Shown here piece by piece: positions 54,143 through 64,000 of a stretch of DNA of 64,000 bases; the stretch's first letter is position 1; the number at the start of each line of letters is the position of its first letter. A program made the position numbers and the translations under genes. The notes beneath the pieces were generated by a model. That model did not search any database. It was not told the DNA's origin and worked only from the letters and a program-made list of their open reading frames with translations. The stretch lies in IMG/VR virus record IMGVR_UViG_3300035181_001974; one strand, 5' to 3'. The DNA comes from a virus.

Positions 54143-54910
54143 ATGGACTTCGGGCAACCTAACGCAGTAATTGTTGCAGCAGTTCAGTTCGAGCCTAAGC
54201 TGTTCGACGTGAGGCAGAACCTCGCGACAGCGCAGCAGTTGGCCTTCGAGGCTGCTGCAAAGGGCGCTCGCGTGATCGTGTTGCCCGAGCTCTGCACCTC
54301 CGGCTATGTCTTCCGCAATCCCCGCGAGGCGATGGAGTGCGCTCAGACCCGTGATGGGTACCAAACAGAAGCGTTCCTGCCGATCGCTCGACGGTTCAAC
54401 TGTCACATCGTCTTCGGTTATCCAGAGCTCCGCGAAGGCATGCTGTACAACTCAGCGGCTACCGTGGGCCCTGGAGGCCTCGTAGGAAATTCGCAGAAAC
54501 ACAACCTATGGGGCAATGACAATCTTTGGGCGCAGCCTTCAGATGTTCAACATGAGGTCCTGGTAACTCCGGTCGGTCGCCTGGGTGTGCTGATCTGTCG
54601 GGATGCCATGAACAAGTACCGGGAATCGTACCAGTTCTTCAAGCCCGGTCACAAGTTCTATCCCAAAGGCTCAGTCGACACCATTGCACTGTTGACCAAC
54701 TGGGGCGCTGCCTTCGGTTATCCTGACTCGGCCTGGGTCGAGCTGGTCGAGGACACTCGAGCCAACTTGATCGTCAGCAACCGCGTGGGTGAAGAACGTG
54801 ACCTGAAGTGGAAGGGCGGTTCCTGCATCATTGACCGCGATCGTCGGATCTGGACCAATGGCTCTTCCTTCACAGAGTCGGCCGTCGTCGGTGGAGTGGT
54901 GTTGCTGTGA
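54143..54910 (+). CDS. carbon-nitrogen hydrolase (nitrilase superfamily)
   Basis: VAAVQFEP...RVIVLPELCTSGY (catalytic Glu), LICRDAMN (catalytic Cys). Confidence 0.65.
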   Translation: MDFGQPNAVIVAAVQFEPKLFDVRQNLATAQQLAFEAAAKGARVIVLPELCTSGYVFRNPREAMECAQTRDGYQTEAFLPIARRFNCHIVFGYPELREGMLYNSAATVGPGGLVGNSQKHNLWGNDNLWAQPSDVQHEVLVTPVGRLGVLICRDAMNKYRESYQFFKPGHKFYPKGSVDTIALLTNWGAAFGYPDSAWVELVEDTRANLIVSNRVGEERDLKWKGGSCIIDRDRRIWTNGSSFTESAVVGGVVLL

Positions 54911-55278
54911 AGTTGACGGACCTACACGAGGAGTTCATCAACGTGGCGCGAAGACCGATGCAATTCGGTCGCCTGCCCGTCAATACCCGTAGGGTTGAAC
55001 TGCCCGTGGTGCCGATGGATCGTTGGGTCAAGGAAGGCTCGCCAGCCCATCTGACGAAGACGTATAAGTTTCGCAGGCAGTCTGATCGCAATCCCTTTGT
55101 GTTGGCCTTGATGGAATACGAGGAACAGGTTGGACACCACGCGCGGTTGACCCTAGATGAGGATACCGTGAAGGTGGAGCTGCTGACGAGGGACATCGAG
55201 CAGGTCACAGAACTCGACAAGGAATTTGCTAAGTACGCTGACGACGTCTACAAGGACCTCGCCATGCGGCCCGATTGA
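54907..55278 (+). CDS. hypothetical protein
   Basis: 123-aa ORF. Confidence 0.35.
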   Translation: MKLTDLHEEFINVARRPMQFGRLPVNTRRVELPVVPMDRWVKEGSPAHLTKTYKFRRQSDRNPFVLALMEYEEQVGHHARLTLDEDTVKVELLTRDIEQVTELDKEFAKYADDVYKDLAMRPD

Positions 55279-55292
55279 TGTAAGATTGGGAG

Positions 55293-55691
55293 ATGGAAGC
55301 AAAGGCTGACACTAGCAGAGTCCTGATGAGCGAGATCCTCGAGGGTCACCTCGATGATGCGGAAAAGTCACAGCAACCCCTAGGCTTCATTATTGCCGTT
55401 ATCGGAGTCCAGGTGGGCGCTGGCATCGAGACCGTCGTCGGCTCGGTCAAATCGTATCGTGCTGAAAAGGCCGTGGTCGAGGTTCACGATCTCGAGGCAA
55501 GAGTGACGATCGAGGATGGTTACGGCCTAGTTCAAGCCGGGACTTCATTGAAGATTGCGGGCTTTGAGCTACACTTTGGCGAGGAAATCCACCGCGTCGA
55601 GGGGCCGATGATCATTCAAGGCCTCGGTCTGCAGGATCTCGATCCACAAAGAGGGATGTGCACTGTGTCCATGCAGCTGCGCCGCGAGTGA
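55293..55691 (+). CDS. hypothetical protein
   Basis: 132-aa ORF. Confidence 0.35.
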   Translation: MEAKADTSRVLMSEILEGHLDDAEKSQQPLGFIIAVIGVQVGAGIETVVGSVKSYRAEKAVVEVHDLEARVTIEDGYGLVQAGTSLKIAGFELHFGEEIHRVEGPMIIQGLGLQDLDPQRGMCTVSMQLRRE

Positions 55692-56128
55692 CCTATTTAC
55701 GACCTGAGGACGTTCTTGCCATGAAAAGCCATTGTTGCAGCTATGATTCGGGATGCTACGCTCCTAGCGCCGACTACAACTATGAAGACGTGGATTGTGA
55801 CTGCAGTTGCGAGCGCTGCGCCGAGAGCGAGCTCTACCGTGAGCCACTGGCACCGGAAGGCGCTCCTCCGTGCGGTGAATGTGGAGCGCTAGAAAACGAG
55901 CCACACGCCCCAGGCTGCCCCGCCGAGCCCGCCACGGGCCTCGCTGAATCAGCCCGTCGTCGATCGACGAGCGATCAGATCATCGGTTCGTTCGACAAGT
56001 TCATGGACGCCACCTTGATCAAGGAGGCCGCATCGCGCACCGTCGTGGCCAAGGACACGCCACAGCGCATCTACAACAAGAAGTACCGCGAGACGCCTGC
56101 AAACCGCACCCGCGTCGGAGGCAAGTGA
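55658..56128 (+). CDS. Cys-rich hypothetical protein
   Basis: CCSYDSGCY, CDCSCERC, CGECG clusters. Confidence 0.35.
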   Translation: MHCVHAAAPRVTYLRPEDVLAMKSHCCSYDSGCYAPSADYNYEDVDCDCSCERCAESELYREPLAPEGAPPCGECGALENEPHAPGCPAEPATGLAESARRRSTSDQIIGSFDKFMDATLIKEAASRTVVAKDTPQRIYNKKYRETPANRTRVGGK

Positions 56129-56721
56129 TGACACAGAAACTGAAGACAGGTAAGAGCCTCGGCGTCTTCTTCGACACGCTCGTTGAGGAGGCAGTGAAGC
56201 AGGCGCTGTACCAGCGTTCGCTGCAGGAAAAAGAAAAGCAGGATTCGTTGTCATCGTCAATGACGTCGACAGACCCTGATGAGGCGCCCGACAAGGCTCC
56301 TGACGTTGATCACTCGTCAAAGACAGGTGATGACGATGAGGAGGCGATGGAATCGGGCAAGGTCAGTGCTGACGATGTCATCGAAAAGCTCAACGCGATT
56401 CGTTCAGGCCACTCCTTCCGCGACGAGAAGGTCAAAGGCAACATGCAGCAGTACGTGGAGTCCCTGTCAGACGCAGAGAAGACCGCGCTGTTGGCCTTCC
56501 TGAAGGGCATCTCGCAGATTGTGACAGGCGAGATTGCGGCGCAGCAGGCCTCTGACCCGAGCGAGAAGCCCGCAGACGTCAAGATGAAAAAGGGCCCGGA
56601 GCCAGCGCAGGTCAAGCACATCAAGCCCAACGTCATCAAGTCGCAGCAGCCCAAGACGAGCAAGAAGCCGGGCGCTGAGGACACCTCAGGACCGGTCCCG
56701 ATCACTCCCAAGAAGAAGTGA
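56125..56721 (+). CDS. hypothetical acidic/disordered protein
   Basis: 198-aa ORF. Confidence 0.35.
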   Translation: MMTQKLKTGKSLGVFFDTLVEEAVKQALYQRSLQEKEKQDSLSSSMTSTDPDEAPDKAPDVDHSSKTGDDDEEAMESGKVSADDVIEKLNAIRSGHSFRDEKVKGNMQQYVESLSDAEKTALLAFLKGISQIVTGEIAAQQASDPSEKPADVKMKKGPEPAQVKHIKPNVIKSQQPKTSKKPGAEDTSGPVPITPKKK

Positions 56722-56753
56722 TCAATCTGACAATCTCAGTTTAGGGTACACGC

Positions 56754-56963
56754 ATGCAACCAATCATTGAAACAAGGGTGATCTCTCTGCCAAGGGGCGG
56801 CGAACTCGAGGTCGGAATGACCCAAGGGCTGATCGACAGGATCAGGTATCAGTTCGGCCTGTCACCTGACCAGAAGATCGAAGACGATCACGTGAGGATG
56901 TTCGTCTGGGGTTCAGTCAATTCGGCCGTCGACAAGGCTGAACTGGAGATGGCACATGGCTGA
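56754..56963 (+). CDS. hypothetical small protein
   Basis: 69 aa. Confidence 0.3.
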   Translation: MQPIIETRVISLPRGGELEVGMTQGLIDRIRYQFGLSPDQKIEDDHVRMFVWGSVNSAVDKAELEMAHG

Positions 56964-57225
56964 GAAGGAAACGTTGGTCGAGTACATCCAGTTGGTGGCT
57001 GAGGCCCGGATGCGTGAGGCCGACGTTTCCGATGGCACGAGGGTTCCACACGGATCAACGAAGCACATCAAGGACCTCGAGGCCCGCATTGCTGATCTGA
57101 CGCGGTGGCGTGACAAGCAACGTAAAGGTTCTGAGGCACGAGCCAACTATGCCCGCGTGGTCGCTCGCCTGAAGGCAGAGTTGAAGTCAGCGAGGCGCGC
57201 CGCAGAAAAGGCGAAGAAGAAATGA
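56956..57225 (+). CDS. hypothetical small basic protein
   Basis: 89 aa. Confidence 0.3.
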   Translation: MAEKETLVEYIQLVAEARMREADVSDGTRVPHGSTKHIKDLEARIADLTRWRDKQRKGSEARANYARVVARLKAELKSARRAAEKAKKK

Positions 57226-59342
57226 TCCTGAATGAAGGCGGTGCTGCAGGTCACCTGCAACACCTGTACGAAAATCTGGAGCTAACCTTTGGCGAGATCA
57301 AAGAGGTCATCACCAATGCCTCGGAGGGCAAACTGGAGAAGGCTTCTGAGAAGCTCGATGGCATGAACCTCGTCTTCACCTACGACGTGTCGGAGGGTCG
57401 CCTGAAGGTCGCCCGCACCGGCAGTGACATCAAGGGAGGAGGCATGGACGCGGCGGGCCTGGCGAAGAAGTTCTTCGGACGCGGAAATGTGGAGGTCGCC
57501 TTCAATTCGGCCTTTAAGGTCCTAAATGATGCCCTAGGATCGCTCGGCAAGCAGGACGCAATCAAGGTCTTTGGCGAGACGGGCACGCGGTGGTACTCAA
57601 TGGAGATCATCTACTCCCCAGAGCCCAATACCATCATCTACGATTCCAACAGCATCATTTTTCACGGGTGGCCTATCTTTCAGGTCAACAAGGACGGCAG
57701 CGTCGACCAGACCGACGATGACACCGGTGTTGAGCTGCTTTCAAGGCGCGTTGACCAGATGCAGAAGGCGATCTCGCTCCGCGACTGGCGAGTCCGCGGG
57801 CCCTCTCTGCTCAACTTGAAGCGATTGTCGGATGGCAGCGTGGCAGCCAAGGCCATCTCGCGGATTGATGCGGCAATGGCCACTGCGGGCGTCGATGATT
57901 CCAACACGGTCTATGACTACCTGCGTGTCCTGATGTCGCAGGAGGTCGCAGAGCTCGGGCTGCCCAAGTCTGCCGCCGCCGCCGTTGTTGAGAGGTCGAT
58001 CACGGCGCCCGGAGCTCCAGGCGTGCCGGAGATCAAGAAGATGCTGCCTAAGGAACAGCAAGCTGTCGCTGCTGACTTCGTCAAGCGTTCCGAAGACCTT
58101 CTGAAGCGTATGGTCCAGCCCATCGAACAGGCGATCACGGATTTTGCAATTGAGGTGCTCCGTGGTGTTGACTCGACGTTGATCTCCAAGTCTGACGAGG
58201 AGGTCGCCCGTCTCCGTGCGCAGTTGCAGAAGGCGATCAGGGCAATCGAGGCCTCAGGTAACGCAGCAGCGATGGACGTCCTGCAGAAGGAAATGTCTCG
58301 CCTGGGCCGCGTTGAAAATATCAGTGCGGCGATGGAAGGCATGGTCTTCTTCTACAAGGGCAAGGCCTACAAGTTTACGGGCGCATTTGCGCCAGCTCAC
58401 CAGATCTTGTCATTGTTCAAGTACGGACGCAAGGGCATCCCGAAAATGGACATTGGCGAGGCACGTCTACGCGCCGCTATTAGCCGCCTCCTCCGTGAGG
58501 GCGGCCATGCCTTTGACAACGTGGGCCCAATCTCACTGCAGGACTTTCGTTCTGTTTGGCCTCAGTTGAAGGCCGACCTGATGGCACTGGGCTGCACCAA
58601 GGTCGAATTTATTGGCACCACGGGCAAGAAGCAGCTGATGGGCGACATCGACCTGGCGGCAGAATATCCTGGGACCCGCGATGAACTCTACGCTGCCGCC
58701 GTCGACATGTTTGGCAAGTCTTCAGTCGAGAAGATCGGATCGAACATCGTCTCTATCAGCTATCTGGTTCCCTCGTCTGGGACTCACGTGCAGGTTGACG
58801 TGATGATGGGCAAGGTCGGCTACATGACCTGGTCCCGCTTCGGAACCTCACCTGATCCGGGCCACGTGGACTACTCGCCCGTCAAGGGCGTCGGTCGCAA
58901 TGTGTTGCTCAACGTCATCAATAGGTTCGCGGCGGCTCAGCAGTTCCCAGGCCAGCAGACCGACCTTGATCGCACGCGTTACAGTGTTGACTTCGACAAA
59001 GGCCTGTTCAAGGTCGTCCAGACCAAGCGTAACAAAACGCCCGGCAAGCCACCACTCAAGGACTGGCGCACGGTGGAGCGTGAGCTGGTCAGCGACGATC
59101 CCAACAAGATTGCCTCTGTGATGTTCGGCAAGGGCGTCAAGGCTGACGATCTCCGCCGCATCGAAGACGTGGCCGCAGCGCTCAGGCGCTCGCCGCTGCT
59201 CAATAGGCTCGCACCTGAGATTCTTGCCACGTTTGCTCAGGAAATGAGGGAGTTGGTGGCTAAGACGCCCCACATGCTGGGAGATGACCCTGATAGTGCA
59301 CTCCGCTATATCGATATGATAGCTAGTGGCAAGGAGACTTAG
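57222..59342 (+). CDS. hypothetical large protein (706 aa)
   Basis: long uninterrupted ORF, no motif recognised. Confidence 0.45.
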   Translation: MILNEGGAAGHLQHLYENLELTFGEIKEVITNASEGKLEKASEKLDGMNLVFTYDVSEGRLKVARTGSDIKGGGMDAAGLAKKFFGRGNVEVAFNSAFKVLNDALGSLGKQDAIKVFGETGTRWYSMEIIYSPEPNTIIYDSNSIIFHGWPIFQVNKDGSVDQTDDDTGVELLSRRVDQMQKAISLRDWRVRGPSLLNLKRLSDGSVAAKAISRIDAAMATAGVDDSNTVYDYLRVLMSQEVAELGLPKSAAAAVVERSITAPGAPGVPEIKKMLPKEQQAVAADFVKRSEDLLKRMVQPIEQAITDFAIEVLRGVDSTLISKSDEEVARLRAQLQKAIRAIEASGNAAAMDVLQKEMSRLGRVENISAAMEGMVFFYKGKAYKFTGAFAPAHQILSLFKYGRKGIPKMDIGEARLRAAISRLLREGGHAFDNVGPISLQDFRSVWPQLKADLMALGCTKVEFIGTTGKKQLMGDIDLAAEYPGTRDELYAAAVDMFGKSSVEKIGSNIVSISYLVPSSGTHVQVDVMMGKVGYMTWSRFGTSPDPGHVDYSPVKGVGRNVLLNVINRFAAAQQFPGQQTDLDRTRYSVDFDKGLFKVVQTKRNKTPGKPPLKDWRTVERELVSDDPNKIASVMFGKGVKADDLRRIEDVAAALRRSPLLNRLAPEILATFAQEMRELVAKTPHMLGDDPDSALRYIDMIASGKET

Positions 59343-59345
59343 ACT

Positions 59346-60731
59346 ATGCCGACGATCATCCAGAAGAAGATTCCTGAGGTGCTGCGGCACATTATTCGAC
59401 AGATGCTGGTCGAGAAGCTCATCGTTGAGGCTGACGATGAGTCACAGTCCTTGCCCACCTCAACGTTCAAGGCCGGCGAGGAATTTGACGCCCTCGAGAA
59501 GGCTGCCAAGGAGCGCTACGAGGCCGCGCAGGCTGAGCTCAAGGCCTGGGATGAAAACGAAAAGCGACGCGTCAACTTTCCGGCCGCTGTCGATGCCCTT
59601 AGGGCCTCCAAGAAGATCAGCAAGGACAATGCGCGCAAGGAGTTGATGAGCAACCCCGCGACGCGGTACGATGTCAAGCTGGCGCAGACCAAACGGCCGA
59701 CGCTTGAGAAGCAGCTCGCCAAGGCCGAGACGGAATACGCTGAGTACAATCCTGAACTTCGCGGTTACGTCCGGGCTCGGTCCGGCGGTGCCAAAACTGC
59801 GGCCGATAAGGTGATGCCCCCGAATGGGAAGGCAGTCCGCCTGTCAATCGACAGCGTCAAGCCACTGAGGTGGTACGCCTGGCCCCCGATAGGATCGTCA
59901 AAGTTGATCTACCATGATGCCAATGACAAGAACGTGGGCCCAGGCGAGCAGTGGCTGGCCTGGCTGTTTGGCGGCCAGGTCCAGGGCGGCGGCGTTCCAT
60001 TCGACGTTGTCACTCCTGACGGTCGCATTTGGGAGGTCAAGGAGCTCAAGAAATCCTCAGACACCATTCGCCCGGGCACTGAAGGTCGCAAGGCATTCAA
60101 GCGCGCCAAGAAGCGCCTCGAGGGCATCGTCCAGCAACTGCGTAACTTTTCGATCCTGGCCCGGCGCTCGGGGTTCCTGCAACCCGGCGAGCTAGATGAG
60201 ACTGACAAGCGGATCGTCGACTACGTCAACGTCTTCGTGGAAGACGACTATGAGATGATCGTCGGCAAGGGTGAGATCTCGCGGGACAGATTCATTGCCC
60301 TCCGCGGCGTGCTCAAGGCACTGCAGCAGTTCCGTCAGAAGCACGGCAACCAAACGTCAATGGAGGACCAACCTGACACGCGGGTTGCCTTGAACGACAA
60401 GGAAGTCAAGGTCGACAAGCCAACGTTCATCGACGTGGCCAAAAAGGTAGAGAAGTCCACCGGCACCAAGAACATCCTGGCCGACTTTGAGAAGATTGAT
60501 CTGCTACTGTCGACGCTAAAGGACCCTGCCTTCGAGAACCCAGCTGAGTTCTTCAATGAGTGGTTCCTTTCGGTCGACGTCAACGAGGTCTTCTCGGAGA
60601 CCGACGGCGTCATCGTTGTCAACCCACGTGGGTTCATGATGATACCCAAGTCGATGTTGAAGAAGGCCCTGCGGTTCGACAAGGTCACGCAGATGCAGCC
60701 CAGGTTTGCCCTAACGCTGCCTCACAACTGA
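59346..60731 (+). CDS. hypothetical protein (461 aa)
   Basis: long ORF. Confidence 0.45.
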   Translation: MPTIIQKKIPEVLRHIIRQMLVEKLIVEADDESQSLPTSTFKAGEEFDALEKAAKERYEAAQAELKAWDENEKRRVNFPAAVDALRASKKISKDNARKELMSNPATRYDVKLAQTKRPTLEKQLAKAETEYAEYNPELRGYVRARSGGAKTAADKVMPPNGKAVRLSIDSVKPLRWYAWPPIGSSKLIYHDANDKNVGPGEQWLAWLFGGQVQGGGVPFDVVTPDGRIWEVKELKKSSDTIRPGTEGRKAFKRAKKRLEGIVQQLRNFSILARRSGFLQPGELDETDKRIVDYVNVFVEDDYEMIVGKGEISRDRFIALRGVLKALQQFRQKHGNQTSMEDQPDTRVALNDKEVKVDKPTFIDVAKKVEKSTGTKNILADFEKIDLLLSTLKDPAFENPAEFFNEWFLSVDVNEVFSETDGVIVVNPRGFMMIPKSMLKKALRFDKVTQMQPRFALTLPHN

Positions 60732-60733
60732 CG

Positions 60734-61384
60734 TCAGCCTTTTAGGTACCGAGACACGAAGTCGCGGATCAAGGCCTCGCCCCTGACCTTTTTGCTTGTG
60801 AGCTTCTTCGCTGCAGGCTTTTTGGCAGGGGCTGCCGGGGCCTTGGGCGCCGACAAGATGTTCCAGACGGCCTCGCGGTCGATTTCTTTTGGCAGGTTGG
60901 CAATGAAGCCCTTCTTGTCTCCCGTGGACAGGAACTGTCGCATCTTGGTGCCGCTAACGTTAACCGTCTGGGTCCTCTCGATCGGCTTCAGAATAATCTG
61001 CCCATTGTGGAATAGGTTTCCAGCATACTTGTCGAGCGATTTTTCCGGGAAGTTTTGTGCAAGGTCCTCGGGATCAGCGTAGATGGTGAAGATGTCCTCG
61101 GTGTCGCCGGCCTCATTGGCCTCGCCAATGTCTTCATAGACGTTTCGGACAGGCGAACCGCCGTACGTCACGCGGACGTTGCCTGGCAGCGAGGGCTCAA
61201 TGAACCTCTTCCAGATCTGCTCCATGTCGGAGCCAAGGATGGGCAGCTCACCAGGCCGCATGCGATCGCTGAGGCTTACGTATAGGTGGACTTCATCATT
61301 TTCCTTGGCTGCCCACCGCACCAGGCCATCGTGACCTGCGTGAAATGGTTTCGCCGACATCGCGATCAGACCGATAGTTGCCAT
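60734..61384 (-). CDS. cytidylyltransferase-like nucleotidyltransferase (candidate NMN adenylyltransferase)
   Basis: N-terminal GLIAMSAKPFHAGHDGLV = (T/H)xGH nucleotidyltransferase motif. Confidence 0.5.
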   Translation of the reverse strand: MATIGLIAMSAKPFHAGHDGLVRWAAKENDEVHLYVSLSDRMRPGELPILGSDMEQIWKRFIEPSLPGNVRVTYGGSPVRNVYEDIGEANEAGDTEDIFTIYADPEDLAQNFPEKSLDKYAGNLFHNGQIILKPIERTQTVNVSGTKMRQFLSTGDKKGFIANLPKEIDREAVWNILSAPKAPAAPAKKPAAKKLTSKKVRGEALIRDFVSRYLKG

Positions 61385-61419
61385 GTCAAAATCTCCGGAT
61401 CCAGTGTAGGATAACTAGC

Positions 61420-61884
61420 ATGGGAGCAAAGAACAAGGAGCACAAGGAGCGCCGAAAGACCATCTCTTGTGGCACGCTGGTGTACAGGTTTGGAGAAACC
61501 TGGGATGACACGTGTATTTTGCTGGTGAAGCAGTTCGCTCACAAGGACTCGTGGGGCATTCCCAAGGGTCACATGCACGAAGGCGAGACACCGGAACAGT
61601 GCGCGACCCGTGAGACCCGTGAAGAAGCAGGAATTGACGTCATCCTAGAGGATCGTCTGCCTGACGCGTATGCCGGCTACAAGCATGAAGACAAGACCGT
61701 GGTCTCGTACCTGGCACAGCAATCGTGCTCACGGGTGCCTGATGCCAGCGATCCAGATTCTGAGGTCGCCGACGCGCGTTGGTTCAGGGTCGGCGAGCTG
61801 CCGATCATTCACGCCTACCAACGTGCGTTGATTGCAGAGGCCGTCAATCGCCTGCATGAGGCCTTTCATAAGGAGGAAGGGTGA
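61420..61884 (+). CDS. NUDIX hydrolase
   Basis: Nudix box GHMHEGETPEQCATRETREEAGI; start taken at MGAKNKEH. Confidence 0.75.
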   Translation: MGAKNKEHKERRKTISCGTLVYRFGETWDDTCILLVKQFAHKDSWGIPKGHMHEGETPEQCATRETREEAGIDVILEDRLPDAYAGYKHEDKTVVSYLAQQSCSRVPDASDPDSEVADARWFRVGELPIIHAYQRALIAEAVNRLHEAFHKEEG

Positions 61885-62227
61885 AGGCCAATCCACCGTC
61901 AGTCGATGAGGATTTCTATATCGAAATCAAGTACCCAGTGTCGGGTAGTGTTGACCAAGTGCAGGACGCCGCAGACATTGAGTTCCTTCGACAGAACCTG
62001 TATCGAGCTCTCAAGATCCTGTCGGAGTTGCTGAATGGACCCGAAAATAGTCGAGGCCCTTGCTGATGTCTTTACGTATGCCGCTCACGTGGATGAGTGG
62101 AAGGTCATCAATCGTGAATTGTTGAAGACGTTGCCGGCACCCCTGCGCAAGGAAGTCAACATCAACCGTTACGAACTAGCGCGACGTTGGTCTGAAATGT
62201 CGGGGCGCCCGGTGGTATTTAGTCGAG

Positions 62228-63346
62228 ATGAAGCGCCTCAAGGAACATCAGGTCCTACGTGAGTACGTCAGAACAGTCCTGAAAGAGGGGGACGACGTTG
62301 CCTCTGTGATGAGTGCTGCCTACGCGATGACGCCGTATGGCGTTCACTACACGTCGGGCGATATGCTCTACAAGGCGTTTGTTAAGCCTTTCGTTGACGT
62401 GGTCGACGTCGCCGTTGGCAAGACCAAGGAGATGAGCCAGCGCGTTCAGACCCTGGCCAAGGTCGGCTTTGAGGCAGTGGCGACGAGCCTGCTGCCTTTC
62501 TTGACGTCTGATTACAAGGAGATCTTCGACAAGGAAAAGGAAGAGCTCGACAAGATCCGCAACGAGTACAGTGAGGTCTATGCAGCGACCTGGGACGCCT
62601 TCAAGCAGACCGATGTGGCGCTGACGGCGTTCTTCTGTTATCCTGGTGCCGTCCTGACGGGCGTCATGGCCAAGAAGGCCCCTGATGTTGCGCTAAGAAT
62701 GTTGGGCATCCTGTCGGGCGGCACGCTGGACTCGTGGATCGAAAAGGTCCGTAAGGCAATCGGCGGGGGCTTTGGTACTGGCAAAAGCAGCAAGGATCAC
62801 TTCGAATCACCAGCGGGCGGCTATGGAGGTGGCGGCACGATGGGCATGGACTATATGTACGGATTCGATTATGGCGGGGGCGGAGGTTACGGTGGCACTC
62901 ACGAGAGCGTCATCCGTGAGGACGATCAAAAGAAAAACAAGAAGCAGAAGGTGGTCGACCTGATCACCTCTGAAAAAGTCGTCAAGAAGGCGCTCAGTTC
63001 GCCGGAGGCTCAGCGTATGCAGAAGAAAGCGCGGGCGGCAGTGCACAATACCTTGAAGACAGTGTTGGAACATGCTCAGGCCGTCTGCACCGCCAAGTCG
63101 GTGGAAGAGCTACAGAAGAAGATCGGCAAGCCGTTGAAGGGACTCGATAAACTACAGCAAGCCAAGCCCGAGGAACGCCAGGCTGCAGAGCAGCAGATGC
63201 TAGCAACGGTCAAGAAATCCATGAAGGAGTTCTATGTGAAGTCGTTGGAAGGCAACGTCAAGCAGGTCCTCGAGGCCGGCATTCCCAAGAACAGCGGCTA
63301 TGTTCGAGACTACGAGAGCGTTATTCAGAAGATCAAAAGCTTCTGA
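62228..63346 (+). CDS. hypothetical protein with Gly/Tyr-rich segment
   Basis: 372 aa; GGYGGGGTMGMDYMYGFDYGGGGGYGG. Confidence 0.4.
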   Translation: MKRLKEHQVLREYVRTVLKEGDDVASVMSAAYAMTPYGVHYTSGDMLYKAFVKPFVDVVDVAVGKTKEMSQRVQTLAKVGFEAVATSLLPFLTSDYKEIFDKEKEELDKIRNEYSEVYAATWDAFKQTDVALTAFFCYPGAVLTGVMAKKAPDVALRMLGILSGGTLDSWIEKVRKAIGGGFGTGKSSKDHFESPAGGYGGGGTMGMDYMYGFDYGGGGGYGGTHESVIREDDQKKNKKQKVVDLITSEKVVKKALSSPEAQRMQKKARAAVHNTLKTVLEHAQAVCTAKSVEELQKKIGKPLKGLDKLQQAKPEERQAAEQQMLATVKKSMKEFYVKSLEGNVKQVLEAGIPKNSGYVRDYESVIQKIKSF

Positions 63347-63378
63347 ACACTGAGTTCACGTGTAGTATCTTTCAGAAC

Positions 63379-63672
63379 ATGGCAAAGCGAAGCAAGGGTC
63401 CTGAGAAACAGTATAACATCGGCGAGATGATGCCGGATGAGGTTAACGCCCTACGCGCCCTCGTCAAGGAGTTCATCGGCAAGATCAACAATGTCGACAA
63501 CGAGATCGACCTCCTCAAGGAGGACCGCAAGGAAATCATCGAGGAGTACGCAGAAAAGCTCGACATGAAGACGCTGACGGCTGCCCTCCGTGTCGTCCAG
63601 ATTCAGCGTGGCGTGGCGCACAAAGATACGTTCGACTTGTTCATCGAGGCATTGACTGATCCTGCTCAGTGA
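63379..63672 (+). CDS. hypothetical protein
   Basis: 97 aa. Confidence 0.35.
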   Translation: MAKRSKGPEKQYNIGEMMPDEVNALRALVKEFIGKINNVDNEIDLLKEDRKEIIEEYAEKLDMKTLTAALRVVQIQRGVAHKDTFDLFIEALTDPAQ

Positions 63673-63686
63673 TGTAGGATTGTTAC

Positions 63687-63986
63687 ATGGACGATCGAGC
63701 GTTTGCTGATGAAGTGATCGAGCGTCTCAATGACATTGTCGTTGACCCTGACGTTGCCCAGGATGTTGGACGTCTCATCCTGTACGGAAAGACGCCTATC
63801 TCCTCGAAGGCCACGCTAAATCACAAATCAATCCAGTGCCCAACTGGTCTTTTGGGATTTCTTGGCCAGTTGAATGGTATCGTGGGAACAATCGATTCTG
63901 GCCCTCGTGAGAGTTGGGGCTTCATTGTTGCAAGATTTGAAGGCAATCGTCTGATCAAGTTCGAGAGAACCAAGGAGCAGCCGTGA
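63687..63986 (+). CDS. hypothetical protein
   Basis: 99 aa. Confidence 0.35.
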   Translation: MDDRAFADEVIERLNDIVVDPDVAQDVGRLILYGKTPISSKATLNHKSIQCPTGLLGFLGQLNGIVGTIDSGPRESWGFIVARFEGNRLIKFERTKEQP

Positions 63987-64000
63987 CTGACAAACCTGAG

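Overview
This window looks like part of a large virulent phage genome, moderately GC-rich by eye, with dense, mostly same-strand coding. I saw no rRNA, tRNA, CRISPR array or integrase. Three themes stand out. (1) A 13.7-kb locus (20618..34371) encodes a DnaE-type DNA polymerase III alpha subunit broken into 8 extein pieces by six inteins. Every intein is split at the DNA level (N-part, stop, then a C-part with its own start). Three carry intact free-standing homing-endonuclease genes between their halves, two carry decayed endonuclease relics, and one carries nothing. A further endonuclease gene sits directly in the extein with no recognisable intein, and there is a frameshift at the 5' end. 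(2) A DNA-hypermodification and nucleotide-metabolism toolkit. It includes a near-T4-gp42-like dCMP hydroxymethylase, ThyX, thymidylate kinase, thymidine kinase, dCMP deaminase, a second dNMP/dN-kinase-like P-loop protein and an all-alpha NTP pyrophosphatase (dCTPase/dUTPase-like). It also includes a very clear UDP-glucuronate decarboxylase (UXS), a UDP-sugar 4-epimerase, a GT-B-like glycosyltransferase and a SAM methyltransferase. This suggests 5-hydroxymethylcytosine DNA decorated with a pentose, arabinose or xylose (inference). (3) Accessory functions. These are an RNA-repair set (Pol-beta/RlaP-like nucleotidyltransferase, polynucleotide kinase-phosphatase, Rnl2-like RNA ligase, metallophosphoesterase), a CCA-adding enzyme gene interrupted by about 360 bp carrying a GIY-YIG relic, and two beta-class DNA methyltransferases. 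Also present are Dps-like and SOD-like proteins, a nitrilase-family hydrolase, an NMNAT-like/Nudix pair, an LD-carboxypeptidase, an HNH endonuclease and tandem HslV-like Ntn-hydrolase paralogs. About eight otherwise unrelated proteins share an N-terminal motif ending in an (I/L)xE site, reminiscent of capsid-targeting propeptides cut by T4-type prohead proteases.
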